A stretch of 64,000 bases of DNA, taken from an uncultured Verrucomicrobiae bacterium. GTDB taxonomy: Bacteria > Verrucomicrobiota > Verrucomicrobiia > Chthoniobacterales > JAFAMB01. Shown here one piece after another: positions 30,523 through 39,587 of this stretch. The position numbers and the translations under genes were made by a program. Within the stretch, counting starts at the first letter, position 1; each line of letters starts with the position of its first letter. A model generated the notes under the pieces. That model did not search any database and had not been told where the DNA came from. It saw nothing but the letters and a program-made list of their open reading frames with translations. Where the stretch lies: contig CAWEXO010000011.1 of NCBI GenBank assembly GCA_963813025.1, forward strand, positions 955,927 to 1,019,926. Reading direction: 5' to 3'.

Positions 30523-31446
30523 CTATGGCCTTTGGGCGCCCACTGCTCCCACGTAGATCGCATAAAGCGATCTGGTCGCAGTGATGAACAAGCGGTTCCG
30601 TTTCGGACCGCCAAAGGCGAGATTCGAAACGGGCTCCGGGATTTTGATTTTGCCGAGCAGCGTGCCATCAGGCGCGAAACAGTGCACACCATCGCCGGCG
30701 CTGGTCCACACATTGCCCTCGGTATCAACTCGCAGACCGTCCGGAAGACCAGGCGAAACCTCGGCAAAAACTTCGCCGCCTTCGAGCTTGCTTCCATCCC
30801 TGACCGAGAAAACGCGAATATGATGTGGCCCGTTCTCCGTGTGAGTTTGACCGGTATCCACGACATAAAGCTTGGATTCGTCGGGAGAAAAAGCCAGGCC
30901 GTTCGGCTTGACGAAATCCTTTACCACGACCTGCAAATTACCCGTGCCGGGCTCCAGCCGGAATACATAACAACCGCCGTACTCGGGTTCGGCCCGATGC
31001 CCTTCATAGTCGCTGAGAATCCCGTAGGAGGGATCGGTGAACCAAATACTGTCATCGGATTTAACGACAACATCGTTGGGCGAGTTCAGGCGGTGACCCG
31101 CAAAATGATCAACTAACACGGTGATGGAGCCGTCCGGTTCTGTTCGAGTGACGCGCCGGGAGCCGTGCTCACAAGTGACCTGCCGGCCTTGGCGGTCGCG
31201 CGTGTTCCCGTTGCTGTTATTTGACCGGTCGCGAAATACGCTTATCTGCCCAGCCACCCAGCGGAGCATCCGATTATTGGGAATATCGCTCCAGACCAGG
31301 CAATCATGCTCCGCGAAATACACGGGACCCTCCGCCCAGAGACATTCTGAGCACAGTCTTTCGACCCAGGCGTTTCCCAAAGTAAGGAAAAGAAAACGAC
31401 GGTCGTAGATCTCGATTTCGGATCGGATTCCGGATGTCTGATGCAT
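30523..31446 (-). CDS. SMP-30/gluconolactonase family protein
   Basis: WAEGP, WSDIPNNR, LNSPND, FTDPSYG, PNGLAFS, PDGLRVD. Confidence 0.93.
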   Translation of the reverse strand: MHQTSGIRSEIEIYDRRFLFLTLGNAWVERLCSECLWAEGPVYFAEHDCLVWSDIPNNRMLRWVAGQISVFRDRSNNSNGNTRDRQGRQVTCEHGSRRVTRTEPDGSITVLVDHFAGHRLNSPNDVVVKSDDSIWFTDPSYGILSDYEGHRAEPEYGGCYVFRLEPGTGNLQVVVKDFVKPNGLAFSPDESKLYVVDTGQTHTENGPHHIRVFSVRDGSKLEGGEVFAEVSPGLPDGLRVDTEGNVWTSAGDGVHCFAPDGTLLGKIKIPEPVSNLAFGGPKRNRLFITATRSLYAIYVGAVGAQRP

Positions 31447-31451
31447 AAAAA

Positions 31452-32402
31452 CTATTCACGAAGACGCGCGCCCCGCCCGTAGATCAGAAGCATTACCAGC
31501 AAGACGCCGCCATAGATGATCTGACGACCCGCTTCCGGCATTTGCAAGACCGAGAGCATGCTCTGCAGCAGCACAATCAGCAGGACGCCGATAACTGTAC
31601 CGGCATAGCGGCCGCTGCCGCCCAGGACATTGGTACCCCCGAGCACAATGGCGGCGATGGAAGGCAGAAGATACGCGTCGCCCATACCCTGGTACGCCTT
31701 GGTGGAGTAGCCGGTCAGCATGATCCCGCCAAGCGCCGCGGCGATCCCGCTGACCACAAAGGCGCCGATAATCACCAGACGAGTCGGTACACCGGAAAGG
31801 TAGGCGGCGCGTTCCCGGTTACCAACCGCGTAGATGTAGCGACCGAACTGCGTTGCCCGCAAAAGGAAGACCAGGACGACAGACACCGCGATCCAGACGA
31901 ACAGCGCGTTCGGGATGCCGAAGGTCCGCTCCACGGCCAGGATTGTCATCAATCGAGTCGCATGACTGGCGGGCGCCGCACCACCGGTGTAGAGGACGAC
32001 TAAGCCTTGCAAGACCGCGTTCATGCCCAAGGTGAAGATCATCGACGGCACGCGCAACCAAGCCACCCCCAGTCCATTCACCAGACCAACTAACAAACCG
32101 CAGCCGAGCCCAACCGGAAAGGTCAGCAGCCCTGCAGTCGCCTGGAGATGGGCTACGGCCGTGCCCATCATTGCACCCATCGTAATTGTCCATGGGATGG
32201 AAAGATCGATGTGACCGAGCAAAATCACGAGCATCGATCCGCCGGCGATGATGCCAAGGAACGACGCCACCTGCAGTTGCTCTAACAGGTAATTTGGGGA
32301 TACGAAATTGCGGTTAATCGTCGCGCCAATCGCGAGAATGACCAGGATGCACCCGCCTGCCGCGATAATCGGTTGGTTGGCTTTTGTAAGAATCCGGCTC
32401 AC
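31452..32402 (-). CDS. Sugar ABC transporter permease
   Basis: HIDLS, PSMIFTLG, YAVGN..AAYLSG, YLLPSIAA; GTGA overlap with the upstream gene. Confidence 0.9.
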   Translation of the reverse strand: MSRILTKANQPIIAAGGCILVILAIGATINRNFVSPNYLLEQLQVASFLGIIAGGSMLVILLGHIDLSIPWTITMGAMMGTAVAHLQATAGLLTFPVGLGCGLLVGLVNGLGVAWLRVPSMIFTLGMNAVLQGLVVLYTGGAAPASHATRLMTILAVERTFGIPNALFVWIAVSVVLVFLLRATQFGRYIYAVGNRERAAYLSGVPTRLVIIGAFVVSGIAAALGGIMLTGYSTKAYQGMGDAYLLPSIAAIVLGGTNVLGGSGRYAGTVIGVLLIVLLQSMLSVLQMPEAGRQIIYGGVLLVMLLIYGRGARLRE

Positions 32403-34999
32403 TGGAACACGTCCATCTGGTTCTTTCGGCGAAGCACGCGGAGCGCGCCGAGACAGACCGCACCCAGCAGAATGAAGCCTTGAAAAAGCGGTTGCCAAAG
32501 CGCTGGAGCGTTGAACACAAAAAGCAGGTCGCTGATCGTTCGCAGAATCAAGGCACCAAAAATCGATCCGATCATCCCGCCCGAACCTCCGAATAACGAG
32601 GTGCCGCCGATGGCGACGGCGGCGATCGAGTTAAGCGTATAGAAGCCGCCCTGGCTCGAACTAGCTTCACCGGATAACGAGATCAGCGACAGGAGGAGGC
32701 CACCGGTTGCAGCGAACAAACCGGCCAACGAATAGGCGGCAAATCGCGCTCGGCCGATCGCGAGACCTGACATATAGGCCGCGCCTTCAGCCGAACCGAC
32801 CGCGTAGCAATTGCGGCCGGTGACGGAGTTGCGAAAGGGCAGCCAAACCAGCCCAATGACCGCGACCAGCAAAAGGAACGTGGTGGGCACGCCGCCCAAG
32901 TCGTACGTGAGGGCATTGCTGAAGTCCTCGTTTACCGAGCCCCCGGGGCTCGGCCGCAGCAAGAGAGCCAGACCAAAGTAAATCGCTCCGGTGGCCAGAG
33001 TAGCAATGATCGGCTGGATGCGCCCGAGAACGACAATCGCGGCATTAACCATTCCGGCTGCTAGACCGCTGGCGAGCACCGCGATCGTGCCCAGAGCGAC
33101 CTGACCGGCCGAACCGTTGACCACCACCGAGGCCAGACAAGATGACATTGTGAGAATCATTCCGGCAGATAAATCGAATCCGCCGGTCAGGATGACCAGC
33201 GTTTGCGCCATCGCGACAAACGAGAGAACTGCTCCCTTATTCGACAAGGAAGTCAGGACATTCGTGGAAAGTCCATTTGGTTGTTGCGAGGCAAAAAGGC
33301 CAAACATGAGCGCGAAAACCAGAATGCTGAACACAGTGCCCGCGTTCCGTTTCCAAAATCTGCGCAGGATTGACAGTGTTGCGGCGGCGGTCGGTCTGCC
33401 GGGCTCAGCCGGTTTGACCCCGGAGTCTGTTGCCAACGATTTCTCGCTCAGGTTGAGCGCGGCGGTGATCAAGTTGTGTTCATTCAGGTCCCGGCCCCCG
33501 AGCTCTTGGATCAATTTTCCGTCGTAGCAGACGGCGACCCGATCACACATCCCGATGAGCTCTTCGTAGTCGGTCGAATAGAACAGGAGAGCGATCCCGG
33601 TTTGCGCCAGCCCGCGCATCAACCGATACAGCTCCTGCTTTGTGCCGACATCGATGCCCCGGGTTGGATCGTTCAAAAGCAAGATGCGCGGGTCTTTCAT
33701 CAGCCATTTGCCGATAACCACCTTTTGCTGATTGCCCCCGGACAAGGTTCGTACGGGCGCGGCCAGGTCATTGACCCGGATTTGGAGCTTGGCGACCGCC
33801 TCGTTCGTCGCAACGCGCTCCCGGTTTCTGTCGATCACTCCATGGCTGCTTAAATCCGGAGCCGCGGCCAGCACCAAGTTGTCTCGAATCGACATTGGCG
33901 GAAGCAGTCCTTGGGTTTGTCGATCCTGGGGGATCAAAGCCAACGCGAATTGGGGTGCTTTTGCTTTTCTTGGATGTTCGATGCGCGTTCGGCGCCCATT
34001 AATCAGCACTTCGCCCGAGACACCGCGGAGCACTCCGAACAAGGCGAGCAAAAGCTCGTTTTGTCCCTGCCCATCCAATCCGCCCAGCCCGATAATCTCG
34101 CCGGGTCGTACCTGGAGGGAAATGCTCTTGAGAACGTTTCCCCAACTCAGGTTCTTCACCTCCAATCCCGCGCTCGACGTCGATCGGCAGCGCTGGTTAG
34201 GGATTGCATCCTCGCCCGCCGACGCGCCGTCCCTACTGCTCTTTGGCGGGTAAGCTCGTGACATCTCCCGCCCAATCATCAACGGCACGATCTCGGCCGT
34301 GGTCTTGCTTCCCATCGGAAATGTTTCGATGTGCTTGCCATTGCGGAAAACGGAGCAGACATCGGCCAAAGCGGAGATCTCCGGCATGCGGTGCGAGATG
34401 TAGAGCACGGCTAAACCTTTGTCGCGCAGTCCGCGAATCACCCGGTACAGCTGTTCGACGTCTCTGGCAGTGAGGGCCGAAGTGGCCTCGTCCATGATAA
34501 TGAGACGCGGTTGACGGACAAGCGCCTTGCCGATCTCCACCATCTGCTGGCGCGAAAGCGGCAGATCTTTGACCCGTTCATCCGGATGAATGTCCGGACA
34601 ACCGATTTCCTGCAGGACCTGTTCCGCGCGCTCTCGTTGCCGGCGTCGATCGATTAAGCCAAGGAGCTTGGGCGGATCGGCAATTGAGATGTTGTCCGAG
34701 ACCGAGAGATCGGGTAAGAGCGAGAGTTCCTGAAAGATACAGGCGATGCCTTGGCGAGAGGCCTCCGCGGGCGAGCCGAATTGGACGGCGCGGTTTTCCA
34801 GAATGATCCGGCCTTCATCAGGCCGGACTACGCCCGCGATGATCTTCATCAGCGAGCTTTTACCCGCCCCGTTTTCGCCGATCACGGCGTGGATCGTGCC
34901 AAGCGAACAGGAAAAATCAACGTTCGATAGAGCGGTTACGCCGCCGTAGCGCTTTGTGATCCCTTCCAAACGCAGGAAGGGGTGCCGCATCCCGGTCAT
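32399..34999 (-). CDS. Fused two-domain sugar ABC ATPase plus permease
   Basis: GENGAGKS, DEATSAL and LSGGNQQK, followed in frame by permease motifs GGFDLS, QPIIATLAT, YTLNSIAA. Confidence 0.88.
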   Translation of the reverse strand: MTGMRHPFLRLEGITKRYGGVTALSNVDFSCSLGTIHAVIGENGAGKSSLMKIIAGVVRPDEGRIILENRAVQFGSPAEASRQGIACIFQELSLLPDLSVSDNISIADPPKLLGLIDRRRQRERAEQVLQEIGCPDIHPDERVKDLPLSRQQMVEIGKALVRQPRLIIMDEATSALTARDVEQLYRVIRGLRDKGLAVLYISHRMPEISALADVCSVFRNGKHIETFPMGSKTTAEIVPLMIGREMSRAYPPKSSRDGASAGEDAIPNQRCRSTSSAGLEVKNLSWGNVLKSISLQVRPGEIIGLGGLDGQGQNELLLALFGVLRGVSGEVLINGRRTRIEHPRKAKAPQFALALIPQDRQTQGLLPPMSIRDNLVLAAAPDLSSHGVIDRNRERVATNEAVAKLQIRVNDLAAPVRTLSGGNQQKVVIGKWLMKDPRILLLNDPTRGIDVGTKQELYRLMRGLAQTGIALLFYSTDYEELIGMCDRVAVCYDGKLIQELGGRDLNEHNLITAALNLSEKSLATDSGVKPAEPGRPTAAATLSILRRFWKRNAGTVFSILVFALMFGLFASQQPNGLSTNVLTSLSNKGAVLSFVAMAQTLVILTGGFDLSAGMILTMSSCLASVVVNGSAGQVALGTIAVLASGLAAGMVNAAIVVLGRIQPIIATLATGAIYFGLALLLRPSPGGSVNEDFSNALTYDLGGVPTTFLLLVAVIGLVWLPFRNSVTGRNCYAVGSAEGAAYMSGLAIGRARFAAYSLAGLFAATGGLLLSLISLSGEASSSQGGFYTLNSIAAVAIGGTSLFGGSGGMIGSIFGALILRTISDLLFVFNAPALWQPLFQGFILLGAVCLGALRVLRRKNQMDVFQ

Positions 35000-35011
35000 G
35001 GTTGAGAAAAG

Positions 35012-35184
35012 AAAACCACAGATTTCACCTGCAGAGACGAGGATGCGAACCGGAGAGAAAAACCACGGATTTCACAGATTTCACAGATTTCTTTAGGAAG
35101 AACGCAGGACGCGAACTCAGAGCAATTTAACTTAACGTCAAGATTTCGTGACTCTGAATCTGTGAAAATCTGTGGTTTCTCTCC
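35012..35184. repeat. Nonamer (TTCACAGAT) tandem inverted-repeat hairpin
   Basis: GGAGAGAAAAACCACGGATTTCACAGATTTCACAGATT (from 35052) versus AATCTGTGAAAATCTGTGGTTTCTCTCC (35157-35184); extra AAACCACAGATTTCAC at 35013. Confidence 0.8.
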
Positions 35185-35197
35185 TTAATGGACGCGG

Positions 35198-36298
35198 CTA
35201 GTCGCTCGTCTTGGCAGCGTTCATCAGCTTGCCGGCATCAAGAGTGATGTTGCACTGCGGAAACCCGCTCGCGACAAAGAAATCGTCGGACAGATTCGGG
35301 AAGTAATCGACGCCCGGTTTCATGTTGGTGTAGTCGACCGCGGGAATCGGGGCCGAGATATACTGGGGTAGGCTGTTGCCCTGCAGAGCAGCCAGAGCGG
35401 CTTTGAGCGAGAGTGCTACTAACGCCGGAGACTGGCCGTACGACCAGCCTTTCAGGCCATCCTTGGCATGCAGCGCGATTAGTTTTCGAAAACCATTTTC
35501 CGCTTCGCCGGCCACCGGAATATAAGGATTCTTGCCATCAATCAGGGCCCGAACTGCTCCGGTCGTGCCGCCCTGGCAGGTCATCCCGTCAAATTTGCCG
35601 TGCACGGCGAGGGCGTCAGCCACCGCTTTTTGGGCGGTGCCGTCATCCCAGTTCCCGACGACCTCAACCGTTTTGATGCCGGGCTCCTTGTCAAAGATCT
35701 CGCGCAGCCCTTTGTGGCGTTCGAGATCTACCGGGTTCCCAGCGACTCCGCGTACTTCGATGACATTACCTTTATTGCCCATCTCTTTGAGGATCCAGCG
35801 ACCCATTAAGCGGCCGACCTCCAATTGATCTTCATTGACGGCAACAATCTGATCGCTGTCGATGGTATTATCGTAAGAGATCAAAAGGACGCCAGCTCGT
35901 TTGGCGCGCTCGATGGACGGCTTAAAGGCCGTGGGACTGACGGCATTGATCAGGATCGCGTCATAGCCTGCATTTATAAAGTTATCAATTGCACCAATCT
36001 GGGCCGCAACGTCTGTGCCGGTGCTGACGATTTTTAATTCTTTGATCAGCGGCTTGATTTCCGGGTCCTCAGCGTAGGCCTGAAGGCACTTGATCATCTC
36101 AGTGCGCCAAGTGTTGCCAATGTATCCGTTTGCCAGCGCAATCCGGTAGGGAGGTTTTTTGGCCTTGAACGTCAAAGTTTTTGTTTCAGGACTGAACGGC
36201 TTGAAACACTCGGAGTTATCCGCGGCTCGGACCGGACACGCAAACTGGCTGAGAACAAACACGCAGCTTAAGGCACCGAGAGAGATTCGCTTTTTCAT
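35198..36298 (-). CDS. Sugar ABC transporter substrate-binding protein
   Basis: Signal peptide MKKRISL..; PYRIALANGYIGNTWR; periplasmic binding protein type 1 pattern. Confidence 0.88.
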   Translation of the reverse strand: MKKRISLGALSCVFVLSQFACPVRAADNSECFKPFSPETKTLTFKAKKPPYRIALANGYIGNTWRTEMIKCLQAYAEDPEIKPLIKELKIVSTGTDVAAQIGAIDNFINAGYDAILINAVSPTAFKPSIERAKRAGVLLISYDNTIDSDQIVAVNEDQLEVGRLMGRWILKEMGNKGNVIEVRGVAGNPVDLERHKGLREIFDKEPGIKTVEVVGNWDDGTAQKAVADALAVHGKFDGMTCQGGTTGAVRALIDGKNPYIPVAGEAENGFRKLIALHAKDGLKGWSYGQSPALVALSLKAALAALQGNSLPQYISAPIPAVDYTNMKPGVDYFPNLSDDFFVASGFPQCNITLDAGKLMNAAKTSD

Positions 36299-36449
36299 GA
36301 TTTTGCTTGGGGATGGGGGGTGAAGTGGGGGGAAACTGGGCAAGCCGCCCAGCGGCCGCTCGCTTCGCTCATGACGATAACGTTTGCGACCGTCAACACA
36401 AGGCGGAAGTCGCGGAGTGGGCGCCGCGCTGCAGCGTGGCTTATCACTC

Positions 36450-36502
36450 CCATAGGTTCCATAGGTTCCATAGGTTCTATGGGTCCCATCGGTCCTTATG
36501 GA
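36450..36502. repeat. Nonamer tandem array
   Basis: CCATAGGTT x3, then degenerate CTATGGGTC, CCATCGGTC, CTTATGGA. Confidence 0.75.
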
Positions 36503-36520
36503 TTGCAGCTGGCGCGACGC

Positions 36521-37885
36521 TCACTTCTCCAGACGTTCCCGGATAAAGTCCCGGTACCAGTAATAGGAATCTTTCGGGATGCGCTCTTGGCTAGCAAAAT
36601 CGACTCTGACTAAACCGAAGGTCGGTCGATAGCCGCAGGCCCACTCGAAATTATCCAGCAGCGACCAGACAAAATACCCGCGCACGTCTACGCCCTTCTC
36701 CATCGCTTCTCCCAACGCCGCCAGGTAGCTCTCGAGGAACGCAACGCGGCGCTTGTCATGAATCTTGCCGTCGGCGGACACCGCGTCCTCGAAATACGCG
36801 CCATTCTCCGTGATGTAGATCGGCGGACAAGGATAAGTGCGGTATAACCAAAGGAGAACATCCCGAAACTCATCCGGATTGATCTCCCAATCAAAACTGG
36901 TCCGGGGCAGCTGCGGGGGCGGCGCCACCTGCTGAAAACCCAGCAGCGCCTTCGGATCGCTCTTTATCCAGGCGCGGAAGTAATGGTTGATGCCGAGGAA
37001 ATCGATCGGCTGCCGAATGGTCTCCAAGTCTCCGGAATGGATCACTGAAGCCAGCTCGGGCGCGATCGCGGCTGGATAAGCGCCGGCCAACAGCGGTTGC
37101 AAGAAACAGTCATTCCAGAGGGCATTATGCCGTTCCGCCATGACGGCAGACTGCCTGGAGTCGTCTACCGGAAAACCGCGATGCACATTGAAGGTGGTAC
37201 CGAGGTGCCGAGAGCCTCCAAGCGAGCGGAGCGCCTGCAGAGCTGTCCCCTGCGCCAGATTCAGATGGTGCGTTACTGCCCGGAAAGCCGCCAGGTCGGT
37301 AAGACCCGGTGCGTGCATGCCCAAGGCATGCCCCAGGCACGCGTACACCGAGGGCTCGTTCAACATGATCCAGTGCTTCACCCGGTCACCCAACCGGCTG
37401 GCGGTTTGAACGGCGTAATCGGCAAACCAGCCAGCGATCTCGCGATTGGCGAAACCTCCTTTGTCTTGAAGCGGCTGCGGCAGGTCCCAGTGGAAAAGGG
37501 TCGCAAACGGAGTGATACCGGCCGAGAGCAATTCATCCGTAAGCCGGTCATAAAAATCAAAGCCTTTGGGGTTGAGCGTTCCGCGGCCGGAAGGCAGGAC
37601 GCGGGACCAGCAGATGGAAAAACGGTACGCCTGCACGTCCAATTCACGCATCAGGTCCACATCCTTGCGAAACCGGTGATAATGGTCGCAGGCGACATCG
37701 CCGGTTTCGCCTCGTTCCACTTTCCCCGGCGTGTGCGAAAACGTATCCCAGATCGATGGGCCACGACCATCTTCGGCGACCGCGCCTTCGATCTGGTAGC
37801 TGGCGGTGGCTGTTCCCCAGAGGAACCGAGAGGAGGTGTCTGGCACGCCTGCACCAGCCGGCGCGCTATTTGTTGGAGGGATCAT
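36521..37885 (-). CDS. GH1 beta-glucosidase
   Basis: FLWGTATASYQIEG, DHYHR, acid/base NEP, nucleophile ITENG, WSLLDNFEW. Confidence 0.95.
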   Translation of the reverse strand: MIPPTNSAPAGAGVPDTSSRFLWGTATASYQIEGAVAEDGRGPSIWDTFSHTPGKVERGETGDVACDHYHRFRKDVDLMRELDVQAYRFSICWSRVLPSGRGTLNPKGFDFYDRLTDELLSAGITPFATLFHWDLPQPLQDKGGFANREIAGWFADYAVQTASRLGDRVKHWIMLNEPSVYACLGHALGMHAPGLTDLAAFRAVTHHLNLAQGTALQALRSLGGSRHLGTTFNVHRGFPVDDSRQSAVMAERHNALWNDCFLQPLLAGAYPAAIAPELASVIHSGDLETIRQPIDFLGINHYFRAWIKSDPKALLGFQQVAPPPQLPRTSFDWEINPDEFRDVLLWLYRTYPCPPIYITENGAYFEDAVSADGKIHDKRRVAFLESYLAALGEAMEKGVDVRGYFVWSLLDNFEWACGYRPTFGLVRVDFASQERIPKDSYYWYRDFIRERLEK

Positions 37886-37995
37886 ATGTCTTTAACATCT
37901 CACGGTCGATCATCCGTCAAGGGCCGAATTTTTTGGGCTGGGCGCGGTTGAGAGATCGGGTGGATGTCTCACAAGGTGTCTATAATCCCGTGGCG

Positions 37996-38097
37996 GTAGA
38001 GCGAAAAATTTGTTTGAGCCGTCTGGAGCGGGTGGCTTGCCCCTGCGTCCGGCTCAAACAAGTTCTCGCCTGGCGCTCGAATGAATTTTCGCCCTAC
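37996..38097. repeat. REPIN-like nested hairpin
   Basis: Outer arms GTAGAGCGAAAAATT / AATTTTCGCCCTAC; inner perfect stem TTGTTTGAGCCG / CGGCTCAAACAA. Confidence 0.7.
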
Positions 38098-38170
38098 CAG
38101 CAAAGGGCCCAAGACACGTTGAGCTGGCCCGTAGTTGCGAGAGAGACCTCTTCACGCGCGCTGCCGCAAA

Positions 38171-39526
38171 TCATTCGGGCAACTGAAGTTCGCGGAGTCG
38201 GCGATGCAACGTTCGCCGGCTGATCCCCAGTTTTTTGGCGGCCTCTGTCCGATTGCCACCCGAATCGTCCAAGGCACGCAAGATCAAGCGGGTTTCATTG
38301 TCGTGCAGGTTTACAATTGCGGCGCCCGATTCTGGACGCGTGTCCAGAGAGACGGATTGTCCCCGGATAGTTAGCGGAAGGTCGCGGGGCAGGATCTGCT
38401 TGCCCGTCGCTAAAGCAACGCCCGACTCGATCGCACCTCTTAATTCCCGGACGTTACCGGGCCAATCGTACCCCAGCAGTCGGTCGAGCGCCTCTTCCGA
38501 CAATGGCCGCACCGGTTTGCCGTCCCGCCGGCTGATCTCGCGCAGAAAGGCGTTGGCGAGGAGTGGAATATCCTCCTTCCGTTCGCGCAAAGGAGGAACA
38601 CTCAGCTGGACCACATTCAGCCGATAATACAGATCCTCGCGAAAGCGCCTCTCCCGGATCAGCTCCGCCAATTCCCGGTTCGTCGCGGCAATCAATCGAA
38701 AGTCCGCCTTGATGGGCTGATTGCCGCCCACCCTTTCAAAGACTCCGGGATCGAGAGCCCGCAAAAGCTTGACCTGAACATTCGAATCGATGTCGCCAAT
38801 TTCATCGAGAAAAAGCGTGCCGCCCGCTGCTTGCTCGATTCGTCCGATCCGGCGTTCGGTCGCCCCGGTAAACGCGCCTCTTTCGTGACCGAACAACTCG
38901 CTTTCCACAAGTTGGGGCGAAAATGCTGAACAGTTGAAAGCAACAAATTTTGTTCGGGGACGATTGCTCAAATTGTGAATGGCATGGGCGATGAGTTCCT
39001 TGCCGGTGCCGCTTTCTCCAAGAATCAGAACGGTTGCGCGGCTCGGCGCCACCTGCCGGATCGTGCCGAATATCCGGTGCATCGCCCCGGATTCTCCAAT
39101 GAGATTCTCCAATCCGAATCGTTCTTCGACCTGCTGACGTAGCTGGGAATTTTCGTGCTCAGTCTTCCGGCCCTGAATCGCCCGGCTGAGCTTGATCGAG
39201 AGTTCATCCAGGTTAATTGGTTTGGTCACGAAATCGTAGGCTCCGCGTCGCATCGCCTCGACGGCGGTCGCGATTGAGCCATAGGCAGTCATGAGAAAGC
39301 AGATCGGCGGATGCGGGCGGGCCAAAACTTGATCGATCAAGGCCATCCCATCTTCTCCACCGAGCCGTAAATCTGTCAGGACGAGGTCGATCTGGTCGGC
39401 ATCGAGAGCGTTGAGCGCTTCCCGGATATTGCTGGCCGTATAGACCTCGAACTCGTCTTCCAGTGATTGGCGCAAGCCGTCGCGAGTATGCTTTTCGTCA
39501 TCGACAATCAGGATCGTTCCTTGCAT
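38171..39526 (-). CDS. Sigma54-dependent response regulator (NtrC/AtoC family)
   Basis: Receiver ILIVDD; GESGTGKE; GAFTGA; WPGNVREL; C-terminal HTH. Confidence 0.95.
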   Translation of the reverse strand: MQGTILIVDDEKHTRDGLRQSLEDEFEVYTASNIREALNALDADQIDLVLTDLRLGGEDGMALIDQVLARPHPPICFLMTAYGSIATAVEAMRRGAYDFVTKPINLDELSIKLSRAIQGRKTEHENSQLRQQVEERFGLENLIGESGAMHRIFGTIRQVAPSRATVLILGESGTGKELIAHAIHNLSNRPRTKFVAFNCSAFSPQLVESELFGHERGAFTGATERRIGRIEQAAGGTLFLDEIGDIDSNVQVKLLRALDPGVFERVGGNQPIKADFRLIAATNRELAELIRERRFREDLYYRLNVVQLSVPPLRERKEDIPLLANAFLREISRRDGKPVRPLSEEALDRLLGYDWPGNVRELRGAIESGVALATGKQILPRDLPLTIRGQSVSLDTRPESGAAIVNLHDNETRLILRALDDSGGNRTEAAKKLGISRRTLHRRLRELQLPE

Positions 39527-39587
39527 CTGATGGGTCAGAAATCAGCCTGCATTGCTCATTTGGCCTAAGCCGGATGAGCATGCAGGC

